Of a DNA stretch of 64,000 nucleotides, positions 38,032 to 46,679 are shown one piece after another. Numbering within the stretch: the first letter of the stretch is position 1; every line of letters starts with the position of its first letter. This DNA is from Candidatus Woesebacteria bacterium (GTDB lineage: Bacteria; Patescibacteriota; Microgenomatia; UBA8517). A program made the position numbers and the translations under genes. The notes below the pieces were generated by a model. That model was not told where the DNA came from. It did not search any database and saw nothing but the letters and a program-made list of their open reading frames with translations. The stretch covers positions 2,671-66,670 of the forward strand of contig JAGVAE010000001.1 in NCBI GenBank assembly GCA_020060565.1, written 5' to 3'.

Positions 38032-38823
38032 TTGGTAATTGCGGGGGTTGTTATTGCAATAACCCAACTACCTGATGACAATCTTCATATTATTGCTTGT
38101 AATGTTGGACAAGGGGACGCAATTTTAGTTACTTATAAAAATATTCAGATTTTGACTGATGGAGGACCAGACTCATCTGTCTTAGATTGTCTTGGAAAAT
38201 ATATTCCTTTTTGGGATAGAGACATAGAACTGGTTATTCTATCCCATCCCGATGCAGATCATCTGACAGGCTTAGTCGATGTAATAAAAAGATATAATGT
38301 TGACAGTATTCTTAAAAATCCAACGGAAGTTAGCACTGAAATACAACGACTGCTAGAGAATGCGGTGGGGGGTCGGGGGGTAAGGGTCATTGAGCCTGAT
38401 ATAAATATGTCTTTTAGGTTAGATTTGATATATTTAGATATAGTCTCTGAATATGATTTCACAAATGCGGATACGAATTACAATTCTATTGTTTATAAAT
38501 TGAAATTTAAAGCTTTCTCAGGCTTGTTTATGGGAGACATTCCTCCTGAAGTAAGTGACAAACTTGCAGAACAGATGGAAACAGTTAACTATATCAAAGT
38601 ACCTCACCATGGAAGTCGCAATGGAATGACCAAAAATCTCCTCAAGGTTCTTGTGCCTAAAGTTGCGGTAATCTCAGTAAGTGCTAAAAACCCATGGGGG
38701 TTTCCTTCAAATGAAATTCTCCAAATGTTAAAAGACTATAATAATGTTGAAGTTTTGCGGACTGATCTTATGGGGGATGTTGAGGTGATTAGTGATGGGG
38801 AGAGGATTTGGTGGAAAAATTAA
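38032..38823 (+). CDS. comEC: ComEC C-terminal metallo-beta-lactamase domain (split or frameshifted relative to the upstream part)
   Basis: ACNVGQGDAILV...LSHPDADHLTGL...VPHHGS, the MBL-fold motifs of the ComEC C-terminus. It is in the +1 frame relative to the 36944-38029 ORF and overlaps it. A TTG at 38032 could act as an independent start; the ORF track extends back to 37885. Confidence 0.6.
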   Translation: MVIAGVVIAITQLPDDNLHIIACNVGQGDAILVTYKNIQILTDGGPDSSVLDCLGKYIPFWDRDIELVILSHPDADHLTGLVDVIKRYNVDSILKNPTEVSTEIQRLLENAVGGRGVRVIEPDINMSFRLDLIYLDIVSEYDFTNADTNYNSIVYKLKFKAFSGLFMGDIPPEVSDKLAEQMETVNYIKVPHHGSRNGMTKNLLKVLVPKVAVISVSAKNPWGFPSNEILQMLKDYNNVEVLRTDLMGDVEVISDGERIWWKN

Positions 38824-39047
38824 CGTTTACTTTTTATTTTATTTAATTCCTTAACAAAATCTTCATATCTCTTAAAATCACCAAGGTTTTCAAGCGACTC
38901 TTTTTCTTCAGGATCCAGATTAAACTTAGTATTCCCAAAACCTTGAGCAATGGTTTCCATACGGGTGTCTTTTTTTAAAATGCCTTTTTTAAATCTTTCA
39001 CTTATTATTCCCACTTCATGGATGACATCGATATCTTTTTGGGGCAT
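38820..39047 (-). CDS. hypothetical small protein (75 aa)
   Basis: Intact ORF paired with the next small ORF on the same strand; no motif recognised. Confidence 0.35.
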   Translation of the reverse strand: MPQKDIDVIHEVGIISERFKKGILKKDTRMETIAQGFGNTKFNLDPEEKESLENLGDFKRYEDFVKELNKIKSKR

Positions 39048-39054
39048 ATTACTA

Positions 39055-39330
39055 TTATGGTTTGCGTTCGACCATGGAGCCGAATAATTGAGTTGTTACA
39101 GAAGTCTTGGGGAAGACCTTAATTGAATCTATATGGTTATCTCCTCTCATTCTAGCCATATGAATGTTGTAATGGTCGCCACAATCAAAAACTTCGAATG
39201 TGGGAGGTTTATTGCTAAGTTGACTAATTTCTGAGGGTGCAGTCTCACTAACTGGATTGACTAATTGAGCGTGACGATAGGGGGGATCTATGTCAATTGG
39301 TTGTGTAGAGATTTCTACCATAGCAGGCAA
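39055..39330 (-). CDS. hypothetical small protein (91 aa)
   Basis: Intact ORF; no motif recognised. Possibly a two-gene module with 38820-39047. Confidence 0.35.
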   Translation of the reverse strand: MPAMVEISTQPIDIDPPYRHAQLVNPVSETAPSEISQLSNKPPTFEVFDCGDHYNIHMARMRGDNHIDSIKVFPKTSVTTQLFGSMVERKP

Positions 39331-39401
39331 GTTTAACTGTATTTTTTAAAAAAATAAATAGGAATGTATCATTTTTTGCTTAAAGATATTAAAATGATCG
39401 T

Positions 39402-41081
39402 ATGATTAAAGATAAACTTGAAAAAATATTGGGATTTGAGATTGAAGCTACTGAGAATCCAATTTTTGGAGATTATTCTTCGAATATTGCCATGAATCAA
39501 AAATCTCCACGAGAATTTGCTGAAAAAGAAGTTGAAAAACTTAAGACAAATAATGAACTAGGGGAGCTTGTAGATAAAATCGAAATTGCAGGACCTGGAT
39601 TTATTAACTTTTGGCTTAAAAAAGATATATTACTTAGTAATTTGATGCAGATTGATAGTGAGAAAGAAAATTACGGGAAATCAGATATTCTTAAGGGTCA
39701 AAAAATAATGTTTGAGTTTGCTCACCCTAATACCCACAAAGCTTTCCATATTGGACATTTAAGAAATATTACAATAGGGGAAACATTGTCGAGATTTTAT
39801 GAAGCAGTTGGAGCGAAAGTAATCCGTGCCAATTATCAGGGGGACGTGGGGCTCCATATTGCAAAAGCGTTGTATGGGATTAAAAGGCTTGGTTTTAACG
39901 ACCCTAAAGATATTAAACTAAGAGCTGAGTATCTTGGCAAGGTTTATGCCTCAGGCGCTACTGCTTATGAAGTGGACGAAAAGGCCAAAGAAGAAATTCA
40001 TGCAATAAATGGAAAACTCTATGACAAATCTGACTCTGAAATTAACAAAATTTATCAAGAAACCAGGCATTGGTCCTTAGATTATTTTGATCAAATATAT
40101 AAAAGAGTATATACAAAGTTCGACAGACTCTATTTTGAGAGCGAAGTATACGAAAGTGGTAAACAAATAGCCGAAGAAGCTCTTTCAAAAGGGATCTTAA
40201 AGAAAAGCGATGGTGCAGTAATTTTCCCTGGGTCGGAATATGACCTTCATGACAGAGTTTTTATATCCAGTAAGGGTGTACCTACGTATGAGGCAAAAGA
40301 CTTAGGTTTGGCCAAACTTCAATTTTTGGAATACGATTCGGATAAAATAATTCATACAGTTGGACCTGAACAAAGTGCTTATTTCCAGGTAATTTTTAAA
40401 GCTCTTGAGTTTATTGAACCCGAAACCAAAGGACGCGAAATACATATTCCGTACGGATGGGTAAGACTAAAAGAAGGGAAAATGAGCAGTAGGACTGGAA
40501 ATGTTGTTTTGGGAGAGCAAATACTTGATGACGCAAAGGAAGCTATTAAAAAAACATATAAAACCAAAGAAAATGTGGCAGAAATGATAGCCGTGGGAGC
40601 AGTTAAATATTCATTTTTAAAGACGGGTTTGAACCAGGATATCGCTTTTGATCTTAAAGAATCAATTTCTTTGGAAGGCAATAGTGGGCCATATCTCCAA
40701 TATACCGTTGCTCGTACTAATTCAGTTGTTTCAAAAGCAAAAGAAGGGGGAGATATTAAACCAGATATTAAAACTGATTTAAACAATGAAGAGCTTACAA
40801 TTTTAAGGAGTTTGATCCGATTTCCTGAGATAATTGAGACTGCAGCAAAAAGTTACTCACCTAATTTGCTATGTAATTATCTGTATGATTTAGCTTCTAA
40901 ATACAATACTTTTTATGCCAAATATAGAATACTGGCACCTAGCGAGGAATCGAGCGACAATAAACATAAGATAATAGATTCGGAAAATGAAAGTTTCAGA
41001 CTGATGTTAACTAAAGCTACGGGGCAGGTGCTTAAAAATGGCCTAAAACTATTGGGAATTCAAACACCCGAACGTATGTAG
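39402..41081 (+). CDS. argS: arginyl-tRNA synthetase
   Basis: Class I HIGH (HPNTHKAFHIGHLRN), a degenerate KMSKS (GKMSSRTGN) and a C-terminal DALR anticodon-binding domain; 559 aa. Confidence 0.9.
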   Translation: MIKDKLEKILGFEIEATENPIFGDYSSNIAMNQKSPREFAEKEVEKLKTNNELGELVDKIEIAGPGFINFWLKKDILLSNLMQIDSEKENYGKSDILKGQKIMFEFAHPNTHKAFHIGHLRNITIGETLSRFYEAVGAKVIRANYQGDVGLHIAKALYGIKRLGFNDPKDIKLRAEYLGKVYASGATAYEVDEKAKEEIHAINGKLYDKSDSEINKIYQETRHWSLDYFDQIYKRVYTKFDRLYFESEVYESGKQIAEEALSKGILKKSDGAVIFPGSEYDLHDRVFISSKGVPTYEAKDLGLAKLQFLEYDSDKIIHTVGPEQSAYFQVIFKALEFIEPETKGREIHIPYGWVRLKEGKMSSRTGNVVLGEQILDDAKEAIKKTYKTKENVAEMIAVGAVKYSFLKTGLNQDIAFDLKESISLEGNSGPYLQYTVARTNSVVSKAKEGGDIKPDIKTDLNNEELTILRSLIRFPEIIETAAKSYSPNLLCNYLYDLASKYNTFYAKYRILAPSEESSDNKHKIIDSENESFRLMLTKATGQVLKNGLKLLGIQTPERM

Positions 41082-41642
41082 TTATTTTTTAGAATTAATA
41101 GTTTCTTTTATAATTTCTGTGATTTCAGTAATAGGTTTATCTGAGTTTACAAGTTGTTCTTGAAGCTTTCTTTCAATATACCCAGCGTCAATATTTTTTG
41201 TCATATCGTCAAGTTCTACATCTGTCTCACAATCTTTCTTAATTTCTTCACGAATTTCTTTAAGTAGTTTTAAAACCTTAGTAATTTCACGCTCAGCTAT
41301 TAAATTTACCTGTAGTTGAAGATCTTGTCTTAAACTATTCATTTGATTTTCCCTGTTTTGACTAATAAGAACAATAATAGATAAAACAATCGCTTCAAGT
41401 GAGACAGTCATTGTTAAAAATATATAAGGATATGGATCAAACACACCGATCCATTTAACGTGGCCGTTGTTAATATAAATCCAAACAACAAAGAATATAA
41501 TATTAACAACTAAAAATGTTAGGGTCCCGAATTGGGAAGTAAAAATATCTGCTAATTTAATAGAAAAAGGTCTTTTCTTTGCTGCTTGAGCCTCAAAACT
41601 TTTGATTAAATAAAAACTTCTTTTGTCGCGTACTTCTGCCAT
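41082..41642 (-). CDS. DUF1003-like membrane protein
   Basis: Two TM helices with the FGT..F......W......FDPYPYIFL pattern I associate with DUF1003, plus a C-terminal coiled coil. Confidence 0.5.
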   Translation of the reverse strand: MAEVRDKRSFYLIKSFEAQAAKKRPFSIKLADIFTSQFGTLTFLVVNIIFFVVWIYINNGHVKWIGVFDPYPYIFLTMTVSLEAIVLSIIVLISQNRENQMNSLRQDLQLQVNLIAEREITKVLKLLKEIREEIKKDCETDVELDDMTKNIDAGYIERKLQEQLVNSDKPITEITEIIKETINSKK

Positions 41643-41671
41643 ATATTAATAATTTATTATATACTAATCGC

Positions 41672-42946
41672 ATGGATTACAAGCTTCAAAAACTTTCATC
41701 TGGTCTTAGATTTCTTACGGTTCCTATGCCTTCACTTGAATCTGCAACTGTTGCTGTTTGGGTAAAAACTGGTTCTCGGTATGAAGAAAAAGGTACAAAT
41801 GGTCTTTCTCATTTCTTGGAACACGTGGTTTTTAAGGGAAGTAAAAAAAGACCCTCAGCTCATGCTATTTCTGAAGTGGTAGATTCAATTGGGGGAGAGT
41901 TTAATGCAGGAACGAGCAAAGATTGGACTAACTTCTACATAAAAACTAGAGTTGGGAATATCGATCTCGCAATGGATGTCTTAAGCGATATGGTACTAAA
42001 CCCACTTTTAAAGGAAGAAGAAATAGAAAGAGAGAAGGGAACAATAATTCAGGAGATTGCCATGTATGAAGACACCCCCATGATGCACATTGGGGACATT
42101 TTTGAAAGTGTTGCTTTTGACGGTAATCCACTTGGTTGGGATACGGTGGGGAGTGCAAAAACAGTTAAAAATATCCATAGAAATGACTTTGTCCGATATA
42201 GAGATATACATTATTACTCAGAAAATATGCTGGTAACTGTTGTGGGTGGGGTGACTGATAATAATTCAAAAAAACTAGTAGAAAAGTATTTCGGGGAATT
42301 TAATTCCAATGGAGTCGAATCCACCTTCAATGAATTTTCGGTGAGGCAAGCAAAACCTCAGGTGAAACTGCAAACAAAAGATGCTGAACAGGCACATTTG
42401 ATACTGGGATTTATGTCAGAGGGAAGAAATTATGAAGGTAGATTTGCCCAAAGCCTTCTTTCTACTATCTTGGGCGGGGGAATGAGTTCCAGGATGTTTA
42501 TTGAAGTAAGGGAAAGGCGCGGACTTGCTTACGCTATCAGAACTGGAATGGATAGATATCAGGAAGTGGGCTATTTATCTACTTATGCGGGGGTAAATGT
42601 TGAAAAAGCCGATGAAGCTGTAAAAGTTATGCTGGAGCAGTACTATGGAATTAAAAATTTAAAATTAAAAATTAAAAATTCGGAACTCCTCAAGGCCAAG
42701 GAGTTCTTGAAGGGACGTTTAGCCTTGGCTTTGGAGGATACAAAGGATGTAACTTCCTTTTTTGCTGATCAGGCTTTGTTTGCCAATGAAATACTAACAC
42801 CCGAGGAGGTATATAAAAAGATTGATAAAGTAGGCCTCGATAGTGTTCTATTTGAGGCTGCAAAGCTTTTTGTACCTGAAAGACTTAATCTAGCCATAAT
42901 TGGTCCTTTCAAGAGTGGGGAAAAATTTGTACAATTGCTCAAATGA
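41672..42946 (+). CDS. M16-family (pitrilysin/insulinase-like) zinc peptidase
   Basis: Inverted zinc-binding motif HFLEH (HxxEH) near the N-terminus and a downstream E..E region; 424 aa. Confidence 0.8.
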   Translation: MDYKLQKLSSGLRFLTVPMPSLESATVAVWVKTGSRYEEKGTNGLSHFLEHVVFKGSKKRPSAHAISEVVDSIGGEFNAGTSKDWTNFYIKTRVGNIDLAMDVLSDMVLNPLLKEEEIEREKGTIIQEIAMYEDTPMMHIGDIFESVAFDGNPLGWDTVGSAKTVKNIHRNDFVRYRDIHYYSENMLVTVVGGVTDNNSKKLVEKYFGEFNSNGVESTFNEFSVRQAKPQVKLQTKDAEQAHLILGFMSEGRNYEGRFAQSLLSTILGGGMSSRMFIEVRERRGLAYAIRTGMDRYQEVGYLSTYAGVNVEKADEAVKVMLEQYYGIKNLKLKIKNSELLKAKEFLKGRLALALEDTKDVTSFFADQALFANEILTPEEVYKKIDKVGLDSVLFEAAKLFVPERLNLAIIGPFKSGEKFVQLLK

Positions 42947-44007
42947 AAGGCTTGGAATTTCCACTAATTGGCACTAAAGTCGCAGGTTTAACTAAAAAAT
43001 TTGATCTTAATTCTCCAGAAGGCCGTGCCGCCTATTTTGAAGCCAAAGCAGGTACGGAAATTGAAAAGATTAGAAAATACTTAGATAAAAACACCTTTGT
43101 TGCTTATTTAATAGGTAAGAAAAATTCAGGTAAAGGGACTTATTCTCAGATATTTACGGAAATATTTGGTGCTGACAAAATAGCCTTGGTTTCTATAGGA
43201 GATGTAGTTAGAAATACAAGTGATGACTGGGAAAATTTTAAGAAATCTGATAAATTTGAAAGACTTAAAAGACTATACAGAGGTTATATTTCCTTTGATG
43301 ACGCGTGTGACGCGTTAACCGGGAGAACACAGTCAAAGTTGCTTCCGACAGAGTTTGTTTTGGCACTTTTGAAACTTACAATTGAAGATCTTAAGGGTAA
43401 AACTCTATTTATTGATGGACTTCCTCGTGAGCTTGATCAAGTTTCCTATTCACTCTACTTCAGGGATCTTATTGGTTACAGAGAAGATCCTGATATGTTT
43501 ATATTAATTGATATTCCCGAGTCAGTAATTGATGAAAGAATAAAATACCGTGTGGTTTGCCCAAACTGTAAAAATACAAGAAATATCAAGCTTCTTATAA
43601 CCAGTAAGTATGAATATGACAAGAAAACCAAAAAATTCTATCTGCTTTGCGACAGCCCCAGGTGTACAGGGGGATTCAGGATGGAGCCTAAAGAAGGGGA
43701 TAGTTTAGGAATTGGACCGATCAGAGATAGGCTGGATAAAGATGAAGAGATTTTAAGAAAAGCCTTCGCTCTGCATGGCATTCCAAAGGTTCTTCTTAGA
43801 AACCATGTAGCAGAAGCTGAATCAGATACTTACTTTGATGATTATGAAATTACTCCTGAATATTCATTTAAACTAAATGGAGAAAAAATTGAGGTTGTTG
43901 AGAAACCTTGGAGTGTAAAAGATGATAATGGGATTTCCTCGGTAAGTTTACTCTCAGCCCCAGTTGTAGTCTCCATGCTCAAACAGATTGCTGAAATTCT
44001 TCCCTAG
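42943..44007 (+). CDS. adenylate-kinase-like NMP kinase with Cys4 LID and long insertions
   Basis: P-loop YLIGKKNSGKGTYS, the NMP-binding motif LFIDGLPRELDQV (compare xDGFPR..xQ), and a zinc-ribbon LID CPNCKN...CDSPRC. At 354 aa it is much longer than a canonical Adk. Confidence 0.5.
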   Translation: MKGLEFPLIGTKVAGLTKKFDLNSPEGRAAYFEAKAGTEIEKIRKYLDKNTFVAYLIGKKNSGKGTYSQIFTEIFGADKIALVSIGDVVRNTSDDWENFKKSDKFERLKRLYRGYISFDDACDALTGRTQSKLLPTEFVLALLKLTIEDLKGKTLFIDGLPRELDQVSYSLYFRDLIGYREDPDMFILIDIPESVIDERIKYRVVCPNCKNTRNIKLLITSKYEYDKKTKKFYLLCDSPRCTGGFRMEPKEGDSLGIGPIRDRLDKDEEILRKAFALHGIPKVLLRNHVAEAESDTYFDDYEITPEYSFKLNGEKIEVVEKPWSVKDDNGISSVSLLSAPVVVSMLKQIAEILP

Positions 44008-44025
44008 TTTTAAAATAGTAAAAAT

Positions 44026-44385
44026 ATGATTTCAAGTGAGGAATGGAAGATTGTTTATTATGAAAGCACCAATGGAGACATTCCTGTTCATAATTTTATT
44101 GAGAGTTTGAATGCTAGGGCTAAATCTAAAATCTCCAATACCTTTGATTTATTGTCTGAGTATGGAATCAGATTAGGATTGCCTCATGTTAAGAAATTGG
44201 TAGGTACAGATATTTGGGAATTGAGAATATTGGGAGGTGATAACATCAGAATTTTCTATATTGCGATTTCTGGCAAGGTTTTTTTACTTCTTCACGGGTT
44301 TATTAAAAAGAGTCAAAAAACACCAAACAAAGAGATGAAAGTTGCCTTGATGAGGCTAAATGAATACAAGAGTAGAAAACATTGA
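44026..44385 (+). CDS. RelE/ParE-superfamily toxin (phage Gp49/HigB-like)
   Basis: 119 aa with a W.I.YY......P...F......F...HGFIKKSQKTP pattern typical of Gp49-like toxins. Immediately followed by an XRE HTH gene. Confidence 0.65.
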   Translation: MISSEEWKIVYYESTNGDIPVHNFIESLNARAKSKISNTFDLLSEYGIRLGLPHVKKLVGTDIWELRILGGDNIRIFYIAISGKVFLLLHGFIKKSQKTPNKEMKVALMRLNEYKSRKH

Positions 44386-44418
44386 CATATCACAATTTTG
44401 TGATATTATGATTGTAAT

Positions 44419-44691
44419 ATGGATTGGAAAACACACAAAAAACAACTATTAAAGGATCCTGAAGTAAGACAGGCTCTCAAAGAAAGCGAACTTGAGTTTC
44501 AGATTGCAAAATCTATAATTGAAGCGAGGATAAAAAGGGGAATGACCCAAAAAGAGCTAGCCAGAAGACTAAAAACTAAACAATCTGTGATCTCTAGACT
44601 AGAAACAGTTAAGACAATCCCCACTCTCTCATTTCTTAAGAGAGTGGCAGAGACTTTGGGTATTTCACTTAAAGTAGAATTGGGTGTTTAG
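44419..44691 (+). CDS. XRE-family helix-turn-helix antitoxin (HigA-like)
   Basis: HTH_3 core RIKRGMTQKELARRLKTKQSVISRLE; 90 aa. Its stop codon abuts the tRNA-Pro 3' end. Confidence 0.7.
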   Translation: MDWKTHKKQLLKDPEVRQALKESELEFQIAKSIIEARIKRGMTQKELARRLKTKQSVISRLETVKTIPTLSFLKRVAETLGISLKVELGV

Positions 44692-44763
44692 TCGGAGAGG
44701 AGGGAATTGAACCCTCTACTTCCGCGTCCCGAACGCGGCGGTCTACCGATGACCTACTCTCCG
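44692..44763 (-). tRNA. tRNA-Pro (anticodon CGG)
   Basis: On the minus strand it folds as CGGAGAG-TA-GGTC/ATCGGTA/GACC-G-CCGCG/TTCGGGA/CGCGG-AAGTA-GAGGG/TTCAATT/CCCTC-CTCTCCG-A. All four stems are perfectly paired, with a C1:G72 pair and G37, as expected for bacterial tRNA-Pro. CCA is not encoded. Confidence 0.85.
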
Positions 44764-44827
44764 AATAGCTTCAATTATATATCATTCGTATTGAGATTTT
44801 ATGACACTTGTAGTATAAAGTCGCAAT

Positions 44828-45316
44828 ATGGCTGAAATTGACAATCAAATTTTTTATGCAAAAAGAGATCCCATTGAGGCTAGATTGATAGATGGATTAC
44901 CAGAAGACGGAGTGAGAAATTTTCTGAATGAAACCGATCGCAACAAATTGAACCAAATGGCAATCGATTTTGGTCTGATGAGACCAAATGAGGAAGTGGT
45001 GACATCTGAATTCTCGGAATTTATTAGTGAAAAAGGAAGATTATTGTCCTTAAAAGAGTACAAATACTATTTGACAATATACAGACTAACACTTGAAGGT
45101 CCAGTAAGTGCAAAAACTATTCATGAGAATGTTTGGGGGTTATCTTTTGATGAAGATCTTGGTGACAAAGAAAATATTTGGGTTGGCATCTCTAGAATAA
45201 GGGAAAAAATAGGCAAAGACGCAATTGTGACTGTACGAGGATCAGGTTATGTCTCGTTGGAGGCTCTTAGACGAAACAATATATCTTTGAGGGAATATAG
45301 AGAGAAATATTGTTAA
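44828..45316 (+). CDS. stand-alone OmpR/PhoB-type winged-helix DNA-binding protein (no receiver domain)
   Basis: C-terminal trans_reg_C-like pattern (IHENVWGLSFDEDLGDKENIWVGISRIREKIG...VTVRGSGYVS); 162 aa. Flanked by two tRNA genes. Confidence 0.55.
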   Translation: MAEIDNQIFYAKRDPIEARLIDGLPEDGVRNFLNETDRNKLNQMAIDFGLMRPNEEVVTSEFSEFISEKGRLLSLKEYKYYLTIYRLTLEGPVSAKTIHENVWGLSFDEDLGDKENIWVGISRIREKIGKDAIVTVRGSGYVSLEALRRNNISLREYREKYC

Positions 45317-45322
45317 AGTTTG

Positions 45323-45394
45323 TGCCCCCAGCAGGAATTGGACCTACATTCCCCGCTTAGGACGCGGATGCTCTATCCGTTGAGCTATGGGGGC
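45323..45394 (-). tRNA. tRNA-Arg (anticodon CCT), with an atypical T-loop
   Basis: On the minus strand it folds as GCCCCCA-TA-GCTC/AACGGATA/GAGC-A-TCCGC/GTCCTAA/GCGGG-GAAT-GTAGG/TCCAATT/CCTGC-TGGGGGC-A. The acceptor stem is perfect, with one G.U in the anticodon stem and one in the T stem. The T-loop reads TCCAATT, so C occupies the near-invariant U55 position. Confidence 0.55.
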
Positions 45395-45430
45395 GCGTCT
45401 ACTTTGAAATTATACCACGAATGAAGCTAG

Positions 45431-46648
45431 TTACTTGATTGTCAGGGTGTAAAGATTGGCTGGGGTATTTTCTGCTCCTAAGTTGGTTAGAATAAGAAGT
45501 CTAGTGGTGTTATTAAATGGAAAAGCAAATGTATTGATGTATGAGCCTGAATAGACGGTTTCTCTGTTTGTTCCATCATAGTCCATGATTACAATCTGAC
45601 CAGGTGAGGCCAAAAGTAGGTGACGGCTTGTTGACATCCACCTTAAAGCAGGAATTATATTTTCTTTTTCTGATAATTTCTCACCAATTACTACTGGCTG
45701 ATCAGTGAGCTTGAAGTTTCTATCTTCTTTAATATCATAAACATACGTGCTCCCTGTCTGAATATTTCTTTCCTGTTTTTGAGTTGAGGCTCCTGGCAAT
45801 TGTTTAATTAAGTTATCGGGGAGAGTACCCGAAGTACTTGCTGTATAAAGTATCATTTGATCATCGGGCGAGAAAACAAAACTACTAGTTCTTCTAGTTA
45901 AAACTTCATTTAAGATATTAGGTAAATTTTTTGTTAGACTGGTGTTTTTGGTTGTTTCTTCCTTTTTCCATTGGGTTAGAATTGTTTCCTTTTGACTGGT
46001 TACATTAACCATTTGATTTTGAGCTGTAAATGATCCAGAATCAAGTACAAATATACCGTTTGATGTAGTTAGCATAATCTGTCTACCATCGGGAGAAAAG
46101 GTATATGTTGTATTTATAAGATTGCCGTCTGTTATTCTTTTGGGATCATTGGAAAAACCTAATGGAAGAGAAAAAGTATCAAGTGTCCAAAGACCAATTT
46201 TATCTGTTGTAATACTTTCTCCAGGGAGAACTGAGTATGCAATTTTACCTCCATCTGGGGCCATTATTGGATTTGAGGCTCCCGAAAAGGTGGTTGGGGA
46301 GAGGGAAGGGACATTTCTAAATAATGAAACAGTAGCCTGAGTTACGATTTCTTTTTCAATAGTTAACCTTTTATACCAACTAAAATAACCATCACGTCTT
46401 ACTTCGACGTCATATATCCCGGGTGAGAGGGAAATTGTTGCATTTGTGGCAGTCCTGAGATCTCCATTTATAAAAACGGACGCCCCATCGGGTTCAGATT
46501 TGATTACTAAAATTCCGTTAGGTTGAAAATCTAGAGTTTTGAGATTGAATCTGTAACCTCTGGCATAGAGAGCAAAAAAAACACCCACGATTCCCACTAT
46601 TAATATACCAATAGCAAAAGCAATAACCCTGATTTTAGCCATAGCCAT
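45431..46648 (-). CDS. membrane-anchored PEGA-domain / TolB-like beta-propeller protein
   Basis: N-terminal TM. A PEGA-like segment (ILVIKSEPDGASVFINGDLR...PGIYDVEVRRDGYFSW). Then repeated SPDG..I.. motifs like TolB/PD40 propeller blades. Confidence 0.55.
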   Translation of the reverse strand: MAMAKIRVIAFAIGILIVGIVGVFFALYARGYRFNLKTLDFQPNGILVIKSEPDGASVFINGDLRTATNATISLSPGIYDVEVRRDGYFSWYKRLTIEKEIVTQATVSLFRNVPSLSPTTFSGASNPIMAPDGGKIAYSVLPGESITTDKIGLWTLDTFSLPLGFSNDPKRITDGNLINTTYTFSPDGRQIMLTTSNGIFVLDSGSFTAQNQMVNVTSQKETILTQWKKEETTKNTSLTKNLPNILNEVLTRRTSSFVFSPDDQMILYTASTSGTLPDNLIKQLPGASTQKQERNIQTGSTYVYDIKEDRNFKLTDQPVVIGEKLSEKENIIPALRWMSTSRHLLLASPGQIVIMDYDGTNRETVYSGSYINTFAFPFNNTTRLLILTNLGAENTPANLYTLTIK

Positions 46649-46649
46649 A

Positions 46650-46672
46650 TTATATCAGATGATCTGATATAA
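46650..46672. promoter_or_regulatory. 23-bp perfect palindrome (TTATATCAGAT-G-ATCTGATATAA) in a 31-bp divergent intergenic region
   Basis: 11-bp inverted arms around a central G, between the start codons of the PEGA/TolB-like gene (46648, minus) and mreB (46680, plus). Confidence 0.45.
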
Positions 46673-46679
46673 TCCGATT

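Noticed and set aside
38820-39330. Two small minus-strand ORFs (75 and 91 aa) as a toxin-antitoxin pair
   Set aside because: Their size and pairing are TA-like, but I recognise no toxin or antitoxin family motifs. They are left as hypothetical proteins.
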